Shown piece after piece: positions 63,860-64,000 of a stretch of 64,000 bases of DNA. The DNA is taken from NCBI GenBank assembly GCA_002412775.1, contig DHVT01000026.1:81184-145183 (forward strand), read 5' to 3'. Under the pieces are notes generated by a model. That model did not search any database. It was not told the origin of the DNA and saw only the letters and a list, made by a program, of their open reading frames with translations. Source of the DNA: Firmicutes bacterium UBA5201. GTDB taxonomy: Bacteria; Bacillota; Clostridia; Peptostreptococcales; Acidaminobacteraceae. Each line of letters opens with the position of its first letter. Within the stretch, counting starts at the first letter, position 1. The position numbers and the translations under genes were made by a program.

Positions 63860-64000
63860 GCTTTTTCTCCTTAAGTGTTCCGAGGTAGTACCCTATGATC
63901 ATCGCGCCAGATGCTGCGAAAAGTGTAAACAACAAACTCTCAATTTCTCCACTTGGAGGCTCCCACATAGGTTCGAACCATGGTTCATAGTTTGGATTGA
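63825..64000 (-). CDS. cbiN: Cobalt transport protein CbiN, C-terminal fragment (gene continues past the window end)
   Basis: The reverse-strand frame reads NPNYEPWFEPMWEPPSGEIESLLFTLFAASGAMIIGYYLG..., the CbiN signature. The stop is at 63825-63827, overlapping the cbiQ start. Confidence 0.7.
   Translation of the reverse strand, partial: NPNYEPWFEPMWEPPSGEIESLLFTLFAASGAMIIGYYLGTLKEKKRDSCRCHSVQK

Noticed and set aside
1-64000. Prophage, conjugative element, restriction-modification system, toxin-antitoxin pair or other canonical defence islands.
   Set aside because: I recognised no capsid, terminase, relaxase, methyltransferase, Cas, or paired small toxin/antitoxin ORFs in any frame. The only mobile-DNA signals are the TnpB element and the decayed recombinase and IS fragments already reported.

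Overview
This 64-kb chromosomal window looks like a low-GC, Gram-positive, anaerobe-type genome. That is an inference from the SLH-domain surface proteins, the anaerobic hemA-sirC-hemC/cobA/hemD-hemB-hemL plus cbiNQO cluster, PPi-PFK signature residues, sigma-A-like promoters and GGAGG ribosome-binding sites. I can support about 60 protein genes, one tRNA-Ala(GGC), one intact stand-alone TnpB (IS200/IS605-type) element, three decayed recombinase or transposase genes, and several intrinsic terminators and operator-like palindromes.

Gene order, left to right:
- orphan MotA/MotB-like pair
- histidine kinase and OmpR-type regulator, converging on an SLH protein plus 1609-aa exoprotein operon
- GNAT; PAS-(degenerate GGDEF)-EAL protein; OhrR-like regulator with its own OhrR box
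- ALDH, 2-hydroxyacid dehydrogenase and glycerate kinase operon
- four-gene operon: ATP-grasp, MurE-like ligase, AsnB, exported C39-like peptidase
- stand-alone AmmeMemoRadiSam-type radical SAM enzyme; PPi-PFK; M32 carboxypeptidase; SEC-C protein
- a 300-bp mirror-symmetric GC-rich hairpin array
- YhaM; M28 peptidase; parvulin PPIase; TnpB element; REC-HDOD protein
- orphan structured RNA candidate; CcdA and TlpA-like thiol-disulfide pair; M42 peptidase
- eight-gene Mrp/Mbh-ordered antiporter module lacking MrpA
- DegV with a MarR regulator; NhaC
- tRNA-Ala followed by a ~7-kb island bounded by a ~100-bp direct repeat of the tRNA 3' half
- MCP; HD-GYP; the tetrapyrrole and cobalt-transport cluster

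Most interesting candidates:
- the ATP-grasp / atypical Mur ligase / AsnB / C39 operon
- the orphan stator pair
- the regulated SLH plus giant exoprotein locus
- the hairpin array
- the tRNA-Ala island with tandem integration scars

All calls come from reading motifs by eye. No database search was run. No CRISPR array or rRNA was seen.
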